A stretch of DNA of 64,000 nucleotides. Origin: Hormiphora californensis (lineage: Eukaryota > Animalia > Ctenophora). The notes under the pieces were generated by a model, which searched no databases, had not been told where the DNA came from, and saw only the letters and a program-made list of their open reading frames with translations. Both the position numbers and the translations under genes were made by a program. Positions 23,138 through 46,258 of this stretch are shown piece by piece. The stretch lies in the NCBI GenBank assembly GCA_020137815.1, contig CM035354.1, forward strand, positions 1,984,001 through 2,048,000, given 5' to 3'. Position 1 is the stretch's first letter, and the number at the start of each line of letters is the position of its first letter.

Positions 23138-26100
23138 CCACATAACGGAACTCCTTGAACTTCTTGGATTTCCGGAGTGCAGTGAGTTGAGGGCAGTAAG
23201 TGTCATGCCTGGTATCCTTGTGATAACAGACATGAGAGCAGAATGGGTGCCGACAACTTTCACACCTGAAAAGAGGGTTCTTTTTCACACTGAGCAGTGA
23301 GCAGTGTATAATGTATATATATATGAGCTAGACTTAGTGAAAATGAAAGTCATGGCGTGTGGGTGGGTGGGGGGCGTGTGTAAGTAAACTAAACTATGAA
23401 ATCTCTATGTAAGAAGGTCCTAAAAAATCAAATAACCTGAATTGAGTTTGGCTTTGGACAAGCTTTTCGACAAGCTTATTTGGCTGGCAGATGATACAGA
23501 ATATCGGGTAATGGAGGAGCGGTGCAGTTGAGCTGTATCTGAAAGAGGGAGCCGGGGGATTATACACATCAATTAGGAGTTAAAGAATCAGAAAGAATCA
23601 GAAATCAGCATATAGCGCATTGTATAAATATTACTTCTTTACTTATAACTTCTTTATAATACAGCTTTTTATGGAAAACTGGAAATCACATACTCTATCA
23701 GGGACTGGTAGTAGTAACCAATAACTTGTTGAGGACAATTCTGAGCATTGAACATCAGATCCATGGCGTTATGCAGTGCAGGTACCCAGGCTTTCATTCC
23801 AGTCAGAATCTTAATTCGCCGCAACTTGGTTTTGACAATGCGATCTCTCTAAAGAAAAAACAGAAAGGAATAAGAAGACGGCAGTCGGCACTCATGTTTG
23901 GTAAAAGTGTGTCTATAATGTTCAATAAATTACCAGTTTTGGGAGTTCAGATGGGGGGATGCGATGAGAGGGCTGTGAAAAGTTAGGATGGTCTCTGTTT
24001 AGTAGACTCTGTAGCTCGTTAATAACCACACTAGAGTCAGCGAGGGCCTCGTTATACTTCTCCATTTCAAGATAACTTGCCGATCTAGGTCAGAGAGATT
24101 ACTGATACTGATGTATAATGAATTGTTTCGAGAAAATGTGGGAATCTATAACGATTCTCCTATTTCTCGAAACAACATTAACTAACAACATGTAATGATG
24201 AATTTAATAATAATAATATAATAATAATATCAAGTTTTGTATACCGCCACAGACACGACAGGGCCAGACAAGTCAAACTGTATCTGACACTGACGAGCTT
24301 CAGAGCGGTATACCTAACGCAAAAAAGATCCTTATATTCTTACACACTTTGGAAAAAACTCACTCCTAATAGAAGATATACTAAAAAGATAACTGGTCAC
24401 ATAACTTTAGATATATTGTTATGTTCGAACCATCTAAAAAATACGAGAGGACAGAGAATTGTTACCATGGTTACCTGTTGTTTCGAATGGCGTTCATCAT
24501 CTCGATACATTCATAATTCCAACCAGCAACCATTGGGCCAACCATCGGATTAAAGTCGAACCCCATCAAAGCCGGACCACGAGTTTTAAAGAGCCTGCAA
24601 GATTGGGCAGTCTTAGGGGCGGTCTTGGTCGCTTTCCCACGAGGTTAGATATCGACAAAGGGGCGATTCAAATAGGACGTCATACTTTTTGAGCTACAGT
24701 TACCTCATAGTTAATTAATGTGGACAAATTGAGACTCGTTGGATTTCAGGATCAAAAATTACTGATCCGTAATTATTGATCCTGAAATCCAACGAGTCTC
24801 TATTTGTCCATATATCACTAAAATAGAATTATATAATCATGAGACTCACATCGAACCAAACAATTTTACCTCATAGTTGATATCAAGTTTCGAAGGCACT
24901 CTATCATGTACGTATACTTCTCCACTGCTTCCTCAAACTTCCTCGTTCTATGTAGTTTATTAGCAGCCGTTTTATCTGCATTCGCTTGGTCTGGCCAGTA
25001 GTCGATTAGTTCCCATATGTATTGTGCATCAGCGTCAGTCAATTCAACACTCTTGGTGCTTTGGTAACTCGAAGCGAAGAGCGAAATGACATCTCGGTGG
25101 TCGGGGCGGATGAAATCTGTCATTACTGTTCTGTCAATACGAATAGATTCCATTATCAGTTCGAGTTGTGGCAAACCTTTCTGAAATGATACAATTAGAG
25201 CCTACATTTTTGTCGTGGTCCTAAATGGTAGATTATGTGGCCTAAAATGAGCAAAATGAGCCTGGGTAGCATATTGTTATGTTTTAGTATACCTTGGATG
25301 TAGCAAGAAACACAAGCCCCGGGCTAAGGTCTATGTTTTCTTTGCACCAATCCGCAATGACAGATGACATGCCGGATGAAAGTCCTTCCACATTTCGGTA
25401 TGCAACATCGATACAGAATGTTGGAAATTGTATACTGCTGATGAAGAAGAAAGGGTTCGTGCAGTTTCCACAAAACAACTTCAAAAACATCTTCAAAGTT
25501 TTCTTGGAAATGGCCTTCTCTGCGATATAATGTTTCGTAAAAACCAATTCTGCGATTACGCTGAAAAGGTGGCAGAACTTGACCATATGCGTCATGTAGC
25601 CCCCGGGTTGTCGCACTGAAAAAGCTGGGTGTTAGATTAGAAGAATTATTTGTTGTTGAAGCGTTTTCGGGCCAAAGGGTCAGACTTGGTGACGCAGTCA
25701 CCCTTACAACTCCCACGCATAGCACGGCAAAACGAGGCTGAGTTGTAGAGACTACGCCACGAAGGGTAAGACCACCCTGAGCTTCCTGCCTTGTTATGTT
25801 CTAACCCTCCTTCACACTTATTTCCCGTTGGGTTGGGGGGACTTGGTCGAGTAAGGCGATTCCTGCCTATACTTTACCTATTATGTTAATGGTTTGTACA
25901 TCCAAGAATGGAAGAAGGAATTCCAAGTTGGCAATTGTTTTGTCTGAGATTTTCTTATTGGACATAATGTCCATCCTGTAAGCGAACATCGGCAGCGCTC
26001 TTACAGCGAAAAACGAGAGCAAACTGAAAATATAGATTGTCATCAGTTTATGCTCCATTAGAGTTGAAGCAATGTGGAAAAATCACGAATATAATTTGTC

Positions 26101-28248
26101 AGATCCGATATAGATATTACAGTCGGACCCCGATTTAACGGCCCCCGAGGCCCGATTTAGCGGCACCCCGATTTAACGGCAGCATAATCTTCCCCCGATA
26201 TAGGAAATTAACAGTATTTGACCCCTATTTAGCGGACACCCTGATTTAACGGACAAAACCCTTTCCCCCGAGGGTGCCGTTAAATCGGGGTCCGACTGTA
26301 TTTCAAAGTTTGTTTTTTAAACTTACTCAAACTGATAGCGGTTGTCAGAGAACTTGTCAATAACATTAAGGTAAGCCTCATCCAATGCAACACTTAGTTC
26401 ATGCTTAATTTCGTTAGGATCAAATGTACGGTTGATATATTCTGGGTCGCAACATTCCAACCCGTCTACGAAAAGGTTAATGAAGCTACGGAGAACTGAT
26501 ATGGATGTTTCGAAGCACTCAGTGTAATCAGCTGCCAGCAGCTTTGCAACCTAAAATTGGTATTCAGAGGATTTTAAAGGGATTTAGATTTCAATCCAAT
26601 ACTACATTTTTTAGCCAATTGACTTACCAACATCAAAACTCCTGCTTTTGCCATCGGATAAAAGTATTCTCCCTCATTTGATTGGCGCAGGGACCTGAAC
26701 ATAACTCAGGTAAATAAGAACTATAATAAATCATATACATATTATTCTTCCAGTGAAGAAGAAGAAGATGGAGAACGTGAATGATTGAATGAGTGGCGTG
26801 GTAAACACGTACCATGTTAGGATGTAAGGAATAGCAGACCAGTCACTAGCGTGAGATGATTTTATCGTTGACTGAAAACGATTTAATGGATTCAAGGTTA
26901 GCTTTTCAAGTCTAAGACACATTTGGTGATGCCTCGTGGGCTTCGTTTACCGTGCTGCGCGCGGCAGGCGGCTGGTAGTGTAGGGGTGACTGCGTCACCA
27001 AAAGACACATCGTAAGTCAAAATAAAAAGGGTTACCTCAGAAAGAAGCCTTCCGAAATATCGGCTCAACATTTCACCTAAGGGCAGCATCATCTCTTCAT
27101 CACTTAGACAAATGCTTTCCTTCCAATACCTCCGGAAATCACTGCTAGTTTTCCAAAACATTTCATCAAAGACTCCCTGGTTTGCAGGCATTCGAACTGT
27201 TGAAATAAAAAAATCACGATGTACCTGAAATGTTTTAGTAGATTGCATGTGTTCAAAATAATGGGTCAATAATAAATTAGATTCAGCAAATATGATTGGT
27301 GATTAACTAGGTAAATTACATTTCACTTCTCGGTGAGTGCCCCACTTACACGTAATGTACTCATCGGATGGATCTCTAATGTAATAGTCAGCCTCAAGGT
27401 ATCGTTCTTAAACAGCTTGTATGAAACAAGGAGACAGTGTTAGAAACATATTTAGTAGATCATGGAGTTATACTCAGGGCTCAGTAGAGGGGGCGTAGCG
27501 TGGTGATCACTGTTACCAGCCCTATATTGGACATACATCTTCACGAATAGCACTGCGTATAATTATCGGTGAATCATCAAACTCCACCGAGATGGTCTTT
27601 CCAGCGGTTGAGAGAGTCAGTTCTCCAGCCAAAACCCGAAGTGCTTTATTGAAAAGCTCGCTAGGTTCAAGGCATCGAATAATAAAGTCGTAGGCCTTTT
27701 TATCTGATGACGATGGTTGCAATTCACACACCCTGAAGAAGAGAAAATAAAACGAATATCCATTGGTACCGCCCACCTCCATTCCCACTAGCTGATTAAC
27801 TGGTCCCAACGTGAGAACAGAACGAAGATGAAAATCATGACAGGATTTCATAGCAACATACAAAACGTTGTATTGACTAACAGATACCTCGTTGTGAAAT
27901 AATCAAACGTTTACCAGGCAAAGTTACGGTAAGCGTAAATCACATCATCCAAAAACAATTTCTTTCTCTTTTTGAGTTCCTCTAGGTTCAACATAACGAT
28001 TCTTTCCACATCAGTTTGGGAATCTGAAGTCATGAAACTAATTAGCTCAAGGACCAAGAGGTGGGTGCACTATATTTGCTTATTAGAAACACAGACAAGG
28101 AGACTGTCATGGAAGTACAGATAGACAGATATTATTTCTAGACAATTCACTTACTTCCAGTTCGTTTGAGAAGTTTGGTAAATGAATCCACGATGGAAGG
28201 AGAATCAATATCTTTCTGTACCTTTCGGTCATATTGAATCCGTTTCAT
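23124..28248 (-). CDS. Uncharacterised multi-exon protein with TPR motifs and a C-terminal MYND-type zinc finger
   Basis: Open exons bounded by GT-AG; KTAANKLHRTRKFEEAVEKYT and YLEMEKYNEALADS (TPR-like); CIIC...RCESCRHPFCSHVCYHKDTRHDTYC (MYND-like); exon chain not fully phase-checked. Confidence 0.72.
24716..24818. repeat. Hairpin repeat; related copy at ~21190-21295
   Basis: tggacaaattgagactcgttggatttcaggatcaa ... ttgatcctgaaatccaacgagtctctatttgtcca. Confidence 0.75.
26120..26298. mobile_element. Tc1/mariner-type MITE (TA TSD)
   Basis: ta|cagtcggaccccgattt ... aaatcggggtccgactg|ta. Confidence 0.88.
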
Positions 28249-28437
28249 ATAGCAGTTGCTCTGAACAGAGATGTATTTGATAGTTCATTTTCAACGTCTC
28301 TTTGGATGTGTTTTCAACCAAAAACACCAAAACCCAGGCCTGCTGTTAGGTGATTTCCAGTTGAACTGGATTCTCTCGTAAACCACAATAAGAAATACGG
28401 TGTTCAGGTTAGCAAACGCTGCTGGCCCCCGATAGGA

Positions 28438-28638
28438 TAAGGATCCCTAAAAAAGTTCAGAATTTACACAGCGTTTACACCATTTAAGCCATTACGGTTT
28501 TCCCACGGTAGCGTGGGAAGAAAAATTCGAAATCTGCGCTGTGATTGGCTTAAATTTTCTATCGTCACAAATTTCAGCCAATCACAGCGCACTGGTGTAA
28601 ACGCTGTGTAAATACTGAACTTTTTTAGGGATCCCTAT
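28438..28638. mobile_element. Palindromic MITE upstream of the TPR-MYND gene
   Basis: ggatccctaaaaaagttcag ... ctgaacttttttagggatcc. Confidence 0.85.
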
Positions 28639-28655
28639 AAGGCAGCGCTTTTCAA
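28637..28655 (-). promoter_or_regulatory. Candidate promoter motif TTGAAAAGCGCTGCCTTAT
   Basis: Identical 19-mer at 44374-44392 in the same orientation relative to the downstream gene. Confidence 0.5.
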
Positions 28656-29485
28656 GTGTTCAGACTGAAAAGTTTTTCGGGCGAAAATCGAATTTTAAAT
28701 TTTGCAAAGTTACAAAATTTAGTTTCAGTGCGCGCGCACGACCCGATTCATGATCATACTTGCGCGGCACAATCTACAGCATGTAATTTTATTAAACGCG
28801 TGTTACATCACACTCAAATATTTACGTTTAATATGGTCAAGAAACTAAAACCAGTATAATGATTTGATAACTATATCAAATATGCATCAATTAAACAAGT
28901 TAAATCATGTGTCATCAATATAATGTGGCCGACACAAAGCGGCGAAGCTCAATTAATTGTACATCTTCAAGTTCACATTTCGCAAAAATTACATTCAAAC
29001 CAAACAGAAACTTCACTTCAACTTGTTGAGAGTACAACCTGTCAGAGCATTGGCCTGACCCTATTCTCGCGCAAGAACTGTGGTCAGAGCATTGGCCTGA
29101 CAGAGTACAACTACACATTCAAATTCACAACTCTTTATATTAACATCAGCAGTTACTCCCATAAGAGCAAACAATATATAGCTTAGCCTAATACACTGCA
29201 GTACTCAGTAAACTAATGAAGAAGGGTTGGGTATTATAATTTGTTCTATAAAACTAGCGGAATAGTTACTACGACTCATGGATCATCTCTCTTCACTTAT
29301 AAAACTAGGCAGTAGGCACAACAACTAACTTACAATGTCAGATTTACTTCACTGGCCAGTTACAACTTTCAACCCGCAACATTTCAACATTTGCTTTGGA
29401 ATTGGAATGTAAGGGCTGTTATAATAATAACTCAGAACAGCAGCACTATGATATAATAATTACACATAGGAATCTATCATTTCCT

Positions 29486-41299
<11,814 letters not shown>

Positions 41300-41354
41300 A
41301 TCACAACTACACCTATTAGCTAACAAGGAGGCATATTTAGCTCAGGGACTATGG

Positions 41355-41517
41355 AGTGTAAAGTCGGATTTTTTGAAACTGTCACCCCCTTTTCGTGCGC
41401 AGAATGTTTTTGCGCGTCACATCACATATTAACGTGTGGTGTGCGCGTCAAAATTGATAAATTTCACATGCGCAGTCATTTTGGGGTGACAGTTTCAAAA
41501 AATCCGTCTTTACTCTC
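41355..41517. mobile_element. MITE, second copy at ~43680-43835
   Basis: taaagtcggattttttgaaactgtcacccc ... ggggtgacagtttcaaaaaatccg. Confidence 0.87.
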
Positions 41518-42301
41518 GCTGTTCACGTCATAACTTTTTGTATTGCTAGTGGTGGATTTTAGAGTCTGGATGGAGATGTATTATGCTGGAAAGACGGACT
41601 TTGATTATCCGAAACTGCACTTTTTTGCTTTAAACTGTTATGTGACAGTCACATAATTGTGACTATACCTTCCCTGTCCAGTGTCCTTAACAGACTCACC
41701 TTGGTCCCTGTCCTTCCCAGTTCTCTAGGTGTCCAAATCCACGAAAATTAAAACAAGTTGGTTTTACCAAACAAATGTTTCGATCCTAGATGTCCAAATC
41801 CCCAATTTATTTGCCAATTGCCTACACACCGACGCCTCGGCCCTCGAGTAAGTAAGCAGGTATGCCACACAATTGTTTTCAAATTTTGAGAACGTTTGTC
41901 GCCAATCGTCGCCACCAATTCTTTTGACTTGTAGATAAGAAATTACTGAGCTCTTTCGGCTTTCCTTATAACCCAAAATTTTGAAGATTGGCGAAGAAAC
42001 CGACGGTTCAAAAGGTATTATCTTTGAACGATTTCCTCAGGCGCGGGGCGCCATTAATTTCTAATTTTCTCCGCCTGCCACCGATCTGTAAATCTCGTGA
42101 TACTGTTCAGCTTTCAGGTTCTGAAAAAAGGGAAGGAACTAGGAAGGAGTAGAGACTAAAGTTTTTGCGAAGGCCGGGGTACCGGTTCAAATAGAATATA
42201 TGTCAGTACAATATTATTTACATGAATAGGTATAAAAATAAAATTTACTCTTACGGGTGTAATAAGTTAAGTATAAATATATAATAAGTTAAGTATAAAT
42301 A

Positions 42302-43573
42302 TCAATGTTCTGCTAGCTAAATTAAGGCGATATGGTATTGGAGGCCAACTCCTTCAGTGGATCAGTGCGTGGATCCTGGGCAGGAATCAGTGTGTAATGG
42401 TGGATGGAGTGAGGTCACCCTGGGCCGAGGTACTTAGTGGGGTTGCCCAGGGTAGTGTGCTCGGACCACTTCTTTTCCTCATATATATTCTTGACCTGGA
42501 GTCAGTGCTAGACGGTAGCATGTGTCTAACTTTTGCTGACGATACTAAGTTGGTAAAAGCTATTTCGGATATGACTAGCCAGGCGTGCCTACAGAACGAT
42601 CTTTTAAGAGTGGCAGAATGGGCAAAGAAGAACAATATGAAGTTACATGAGGATAAATTTCAGCTCTTGAGCTATAGTCTGAATAAGTCTGCTATCCTCA
42701 GACAGTTTCCTTTCGCAGCTGAAGTGTTTTCATATACTACAAGCTCAGGTGTGCAGTTGACCCCCGAACCTGATGTTCGTGATCTGGGTGTCCAGATGTC
42801 TGCAGATGGGTCATGGACGAGGCACATTTCTATCATAGTGCGGAAGGCTTCCCTCTTGAGTGGCTGGATATTCAGCGTTTTTCGGGACCGTTCTCCGGAG
42901 GTTATGGTACAGCTTTTCAAGTCCTTGGTCAGGCCTATTCTTGAGTACTGTTGCCTAGTCTGGAACCCTTCCAAGGCTGGTGATATCAAGGCTATTGAGA
43001 ATGTCCAACGTTGTTTCACCAGACGTCTTGATGGTATGCAGGGTCATGACTATTGGGATAGACTGAAATTGCTCAATCTTATGTCCCTTCAGCGTCGGAG
43101 ACAGCGCTACATTCTGATTCATGTGTGGAAGACGATTCATGGTTTTGTACCTAACTCTGCCAACCTAGTATTTCAACAGCACGCTAGACTGGGTATGCGG
43201 ATAGTCCCACCACCTTACCCCTATAGAGCAGAAACGAAACGAGCTAATCAATTTCACTGCTCATTTGGTCCAAGAGCAGCACATTTATGGAACACTCTAC
43301 CTGCTGCTGTCAATTCTTGTGTGAGCTTGAATCAGTTCAAATCATCATTGGGCAATTACTTGACAGGATTTCACGATCGTCCTCCAGTCAGAGGGTACCC
43401 GCCACTTCCAAATGACCTTTCGCCTCAATGTGCTGTGCTGTGCTGATGAGTGTGAGTGTGAAGGGATAGTTTTTCAACTTGATTTTATTTAGGTGGACCC
43501 ATTCAGGGAAGGCCTGTTTCTTTATAAATAAAACTTTAATTGTAAACTTGTAAACTTGTAAACTTGTAAACTT
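42302..43573 (+). mobile_element. 5'-truncated CR1-clade LINE (RT C-terminal half open to 43446) with (taaacttg)n tail
   Basis: LLAKLRRYGI, SGVAQGSVLGPLLF, FADDTKL, RDLGV, LVRPILEY; possible TSD gtataaata at 42293-42301 and 43574-43582. Confidence 0.93.
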
Positions 43574-43679
43574 GTATAAATAAATCAGATAATAAGATGA
43601 AAATCGTTTGTTTTGCAGCAAAACTTTTGCTACAAAAGTGTGTCCATTTGTTGCCCCTGTACCCCCTGATGGCGAGAGA

Positions 43680-43835
43680 CTAAAGTCGGATTTTTTGAAA
43701 CTGTCACCCCCCTTTTCGTGCGCGGAATGTTTTTGCGCGTCACATCATATGTTAACGTGTGGTGTGCGCGTCAAAATTGCTAAATTTCACATGCGCGGTC
43801 ATTTTGGGGTGACAGTTTCAAAAAATCCGACTTTA
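43680..43835. mobile_element. MITE (same family as 41355)
   Basis: Near-identical sequence and TIRs. Confidence 0.87.
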
Positions 43836-43855
43836 GAGAATCTCGACAAAATTTG

Positions 43856-44077
43856 TAGTGGAAGCTCTTACGGTATTTCCCACGCCCCGTGGGAAAGTTT
43901 TTGACCGTGGGAAAATTTTCAAACCGTGGGAAAAGAGAGATACATACAATAACATGAAAAAAATAATTATTTTTTTAATGTTATTGTATGTATCTCTCTT
44001 TTCCCACGGTTTGAAAACTTTCCCACAGTCAAAAACTTTCCCACGGGGCGTGGGAAATACCGTAAGAGCTTCTACTA
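43856..44077. mobile_element. Near-perfect palindromic MITE
   Basis: gaagctcttacggtatttcccacgccccgtggg ... cccacggggcgtgggaaataccgtaagagcttc. Confidence 0.88.
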
Positions 44078-44373
44078 TTGGGAAAAACCGTCGAAAAATG
44101 AAACGATTTTCACTTTGTGAAAATCAAATAAACAGTGCGCGGCTTTAGAAAGTTCAATTCCGCAGCGTTTTTGCTGAAAAAGTACGCGTGTTCCATTCAA
44201 CTCGCAATTTGGCGACGCCGCACAGTTTAAACTTGAGATTTTCAATTTCGACATGTTTCAGCTTTCTCAAATTTTGTCAAAAGTTTGAATTGGAATGCGC
44301 TGCAGCCCCCTCATGCGCGCACCCCCGCAACCTTATATTATATTATAAGGGGCCTGCAACGTATGCCAAAAGT

Positions 44374-44392
44374 TTGAAAAGCGCTGCCTTAT
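44374..44392 (+). promoter_or_regulatory. Candidate promoter motif TTGAAAAGCGCTGCCTTAT
   Basis: Identical to the reverse complement of 28637-28655. Confidence 0.5.
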
Positions 44393-44399
44393 CCCGCGC

Positions 44400-44672
44400 G
44401 GAAAACGTTAAAATCTGGGTGCCTTTCATTGCTAACAATTCGTAGTTTTGGCGCGCGCGACGGGTTAGGGCTATCCGTTAGGGTCTGGTTAGGGTTTGGT
44501 TTGGGGTTACCGGTTAGGGCTATCGATTCTCTAACTGATACCGTTTAGTTTACACAAATCGGCCATGTGGTTCCATGGCTATAGCCGTTTGAAAAAAGTC
44601 GGTCTAAGTATACTCTTTTGGCAGCGCGCACCTGTAAACAGGCTGCAAGGCACCCAGATTATAATCGCGCCC
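44400..44672. mobile_element. Mutator-like MITE with 9-bp TSD and internal TTAGGG-like repeats
   Basis: TSD atcccgcgc (44391-44399, 44673-44681); IR aatctgggtgcctt/aaggcacccagatt; gttaggg units at 44461-44520. Confidence 0.8.
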
Positions 44673-44811
44673 ATCCCGCGCTGCCAGCAACGTTTACCAA
44701 GTCAAAAGTACAAAATTTGATCAAAAAATTCGATATCTTCTCCCTTTCTCTCTCTAGTCTCTCTCCCTTTCCTATCTCCGTACCCTAATTTCTTCAGTAA
44801 CAATATGAGTC

Positions 44812-46044
44812 ATGGTAGGCCGAGTTAACCTTGCATTTGCTGGATGTGGATTTCTGGGCCTTTACCACACGGGTGTCGTAGCAGCCCTCAGGACAAATGG
44901 ATCACGGTTCCTAGACAAAGTGGATAGATATTCAGGAGCCTCAGCGGGTTCACTTCATGCTGTGATGTTGGCCTGTAACATTCCTCTGGAACATACCATT
45001 TCTATGGGACTACGGTATGACTGGCCTCTCGGATAACGTCCTGTTTGTATGAGCTTTTTATTATATTGATAGCGAAGTTGCCCCTAATTTCATTACCAAG
45101 AGTTTTTAATTTCCCACAACCAGGATCGCATCGAAAATTCGTTCGAACCTACACAAAATTCCCTGGCAAAATCTCGATGCAGAACTGAGGAGTAGTCTGG
45201 AGGATGTCTTGCCTCCTAACGCTCATTGTCAAGCCAACAATCGCCTCTTTGTCTCCGTGACTTATCTTAACCCACCTTCTAAATTTGAAAATAAGGTAAT
45301 ACAACGATCACCCTGCCAGATTTGATTTTGCATACTCACCTTCCTAAAACAGTTGGTATCTGAGTTTGCCACACGGGAAAGTCTGATCGATGCTTTAGCC
45401 CAAAGCTGCTACATCCCACTATACTCTGGATTCGGGATACCCAGGGAAGGCGATCAGTGGGCAATTGATGGTGCCTACTCAGATAACCTTCCCATGGCTG
45501 AGGTAGGTTACATGTAACAACAGAGATTTTCTGAATTAGTTTTTACAATTGTTTCACAACCGTGATATACGATCGCGATTTGTCGATAAGATCTCCACAT
45601 ATGATTGAGCAATCTCTGTAACACAAGATTATTTCATCCAGGATCTTCGCAACTATCAAGGTGTCCCCATTTGTTGGGGAGAGTGTTGTGTGTACTGCAG
45701 AGATAAGCCCACAGGAGGAGAATAAGGCAATTAACATTGTTTATAGGAAACACTCCCTTCGCCCTAACCACTAGCAACTTTCGAAGGATTACTAAGTAAG
45801 AATGCTTTTCATACAATGAATAATTGGAAGTTATATTTCAAACATGTAAATTATTGTACATAGTTAGTGCAATCATATAACGACGATTCGTCTTTTCAGA
45901 GTTGTTCTACCTCCTGATATTGAGGAAATGAAAGCTTTGTATCTTTCTGGGTTTTCTGATGCTAAACTCTTTCTTAAAAAGGAAGGCTATTTCGATCAGG
46001 CACCCCCTCCTGATGTGCTTCACCTATTTGTGGAAGATAATTGA
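44812..46044 (+). CDS. Patatin-like phospholipase (PNPLA2/PNPLA4-like); exons ~44812-45013, 45124-45295, 45353-45502, 45641-45793, 45900-46044
   Basis: FAGCGFLGLYHTGV, GASAG nucleophile, LPPNAH, SCYIPLYSG, DGAYSDNLP. Confidence 0.93.
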
Positions 46045-46258
46045 GCATCTAAAGTCTAAATCTGTCTGTAAATACTGTTAGTAAATTGTGTCTGATTTCT
46101 TTAAAAAGTTTTTATTCATTGTTGTTTATTTTATCGATATCTTAGGTCAAACTATTACATTTCCCCCACGCCTAATTGCAACATCTCTCCCACTATCCCA
46201 CTATCTCTACCTCTCTCCCTCTATCTATCTCTCCCTGAATAGTCATGGTGAAGGCATT

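Noticed and set aside
44461-44520. Interstitial telomere
   Set aside because: Short, degenerate and internal to a TSD-flanked MITE
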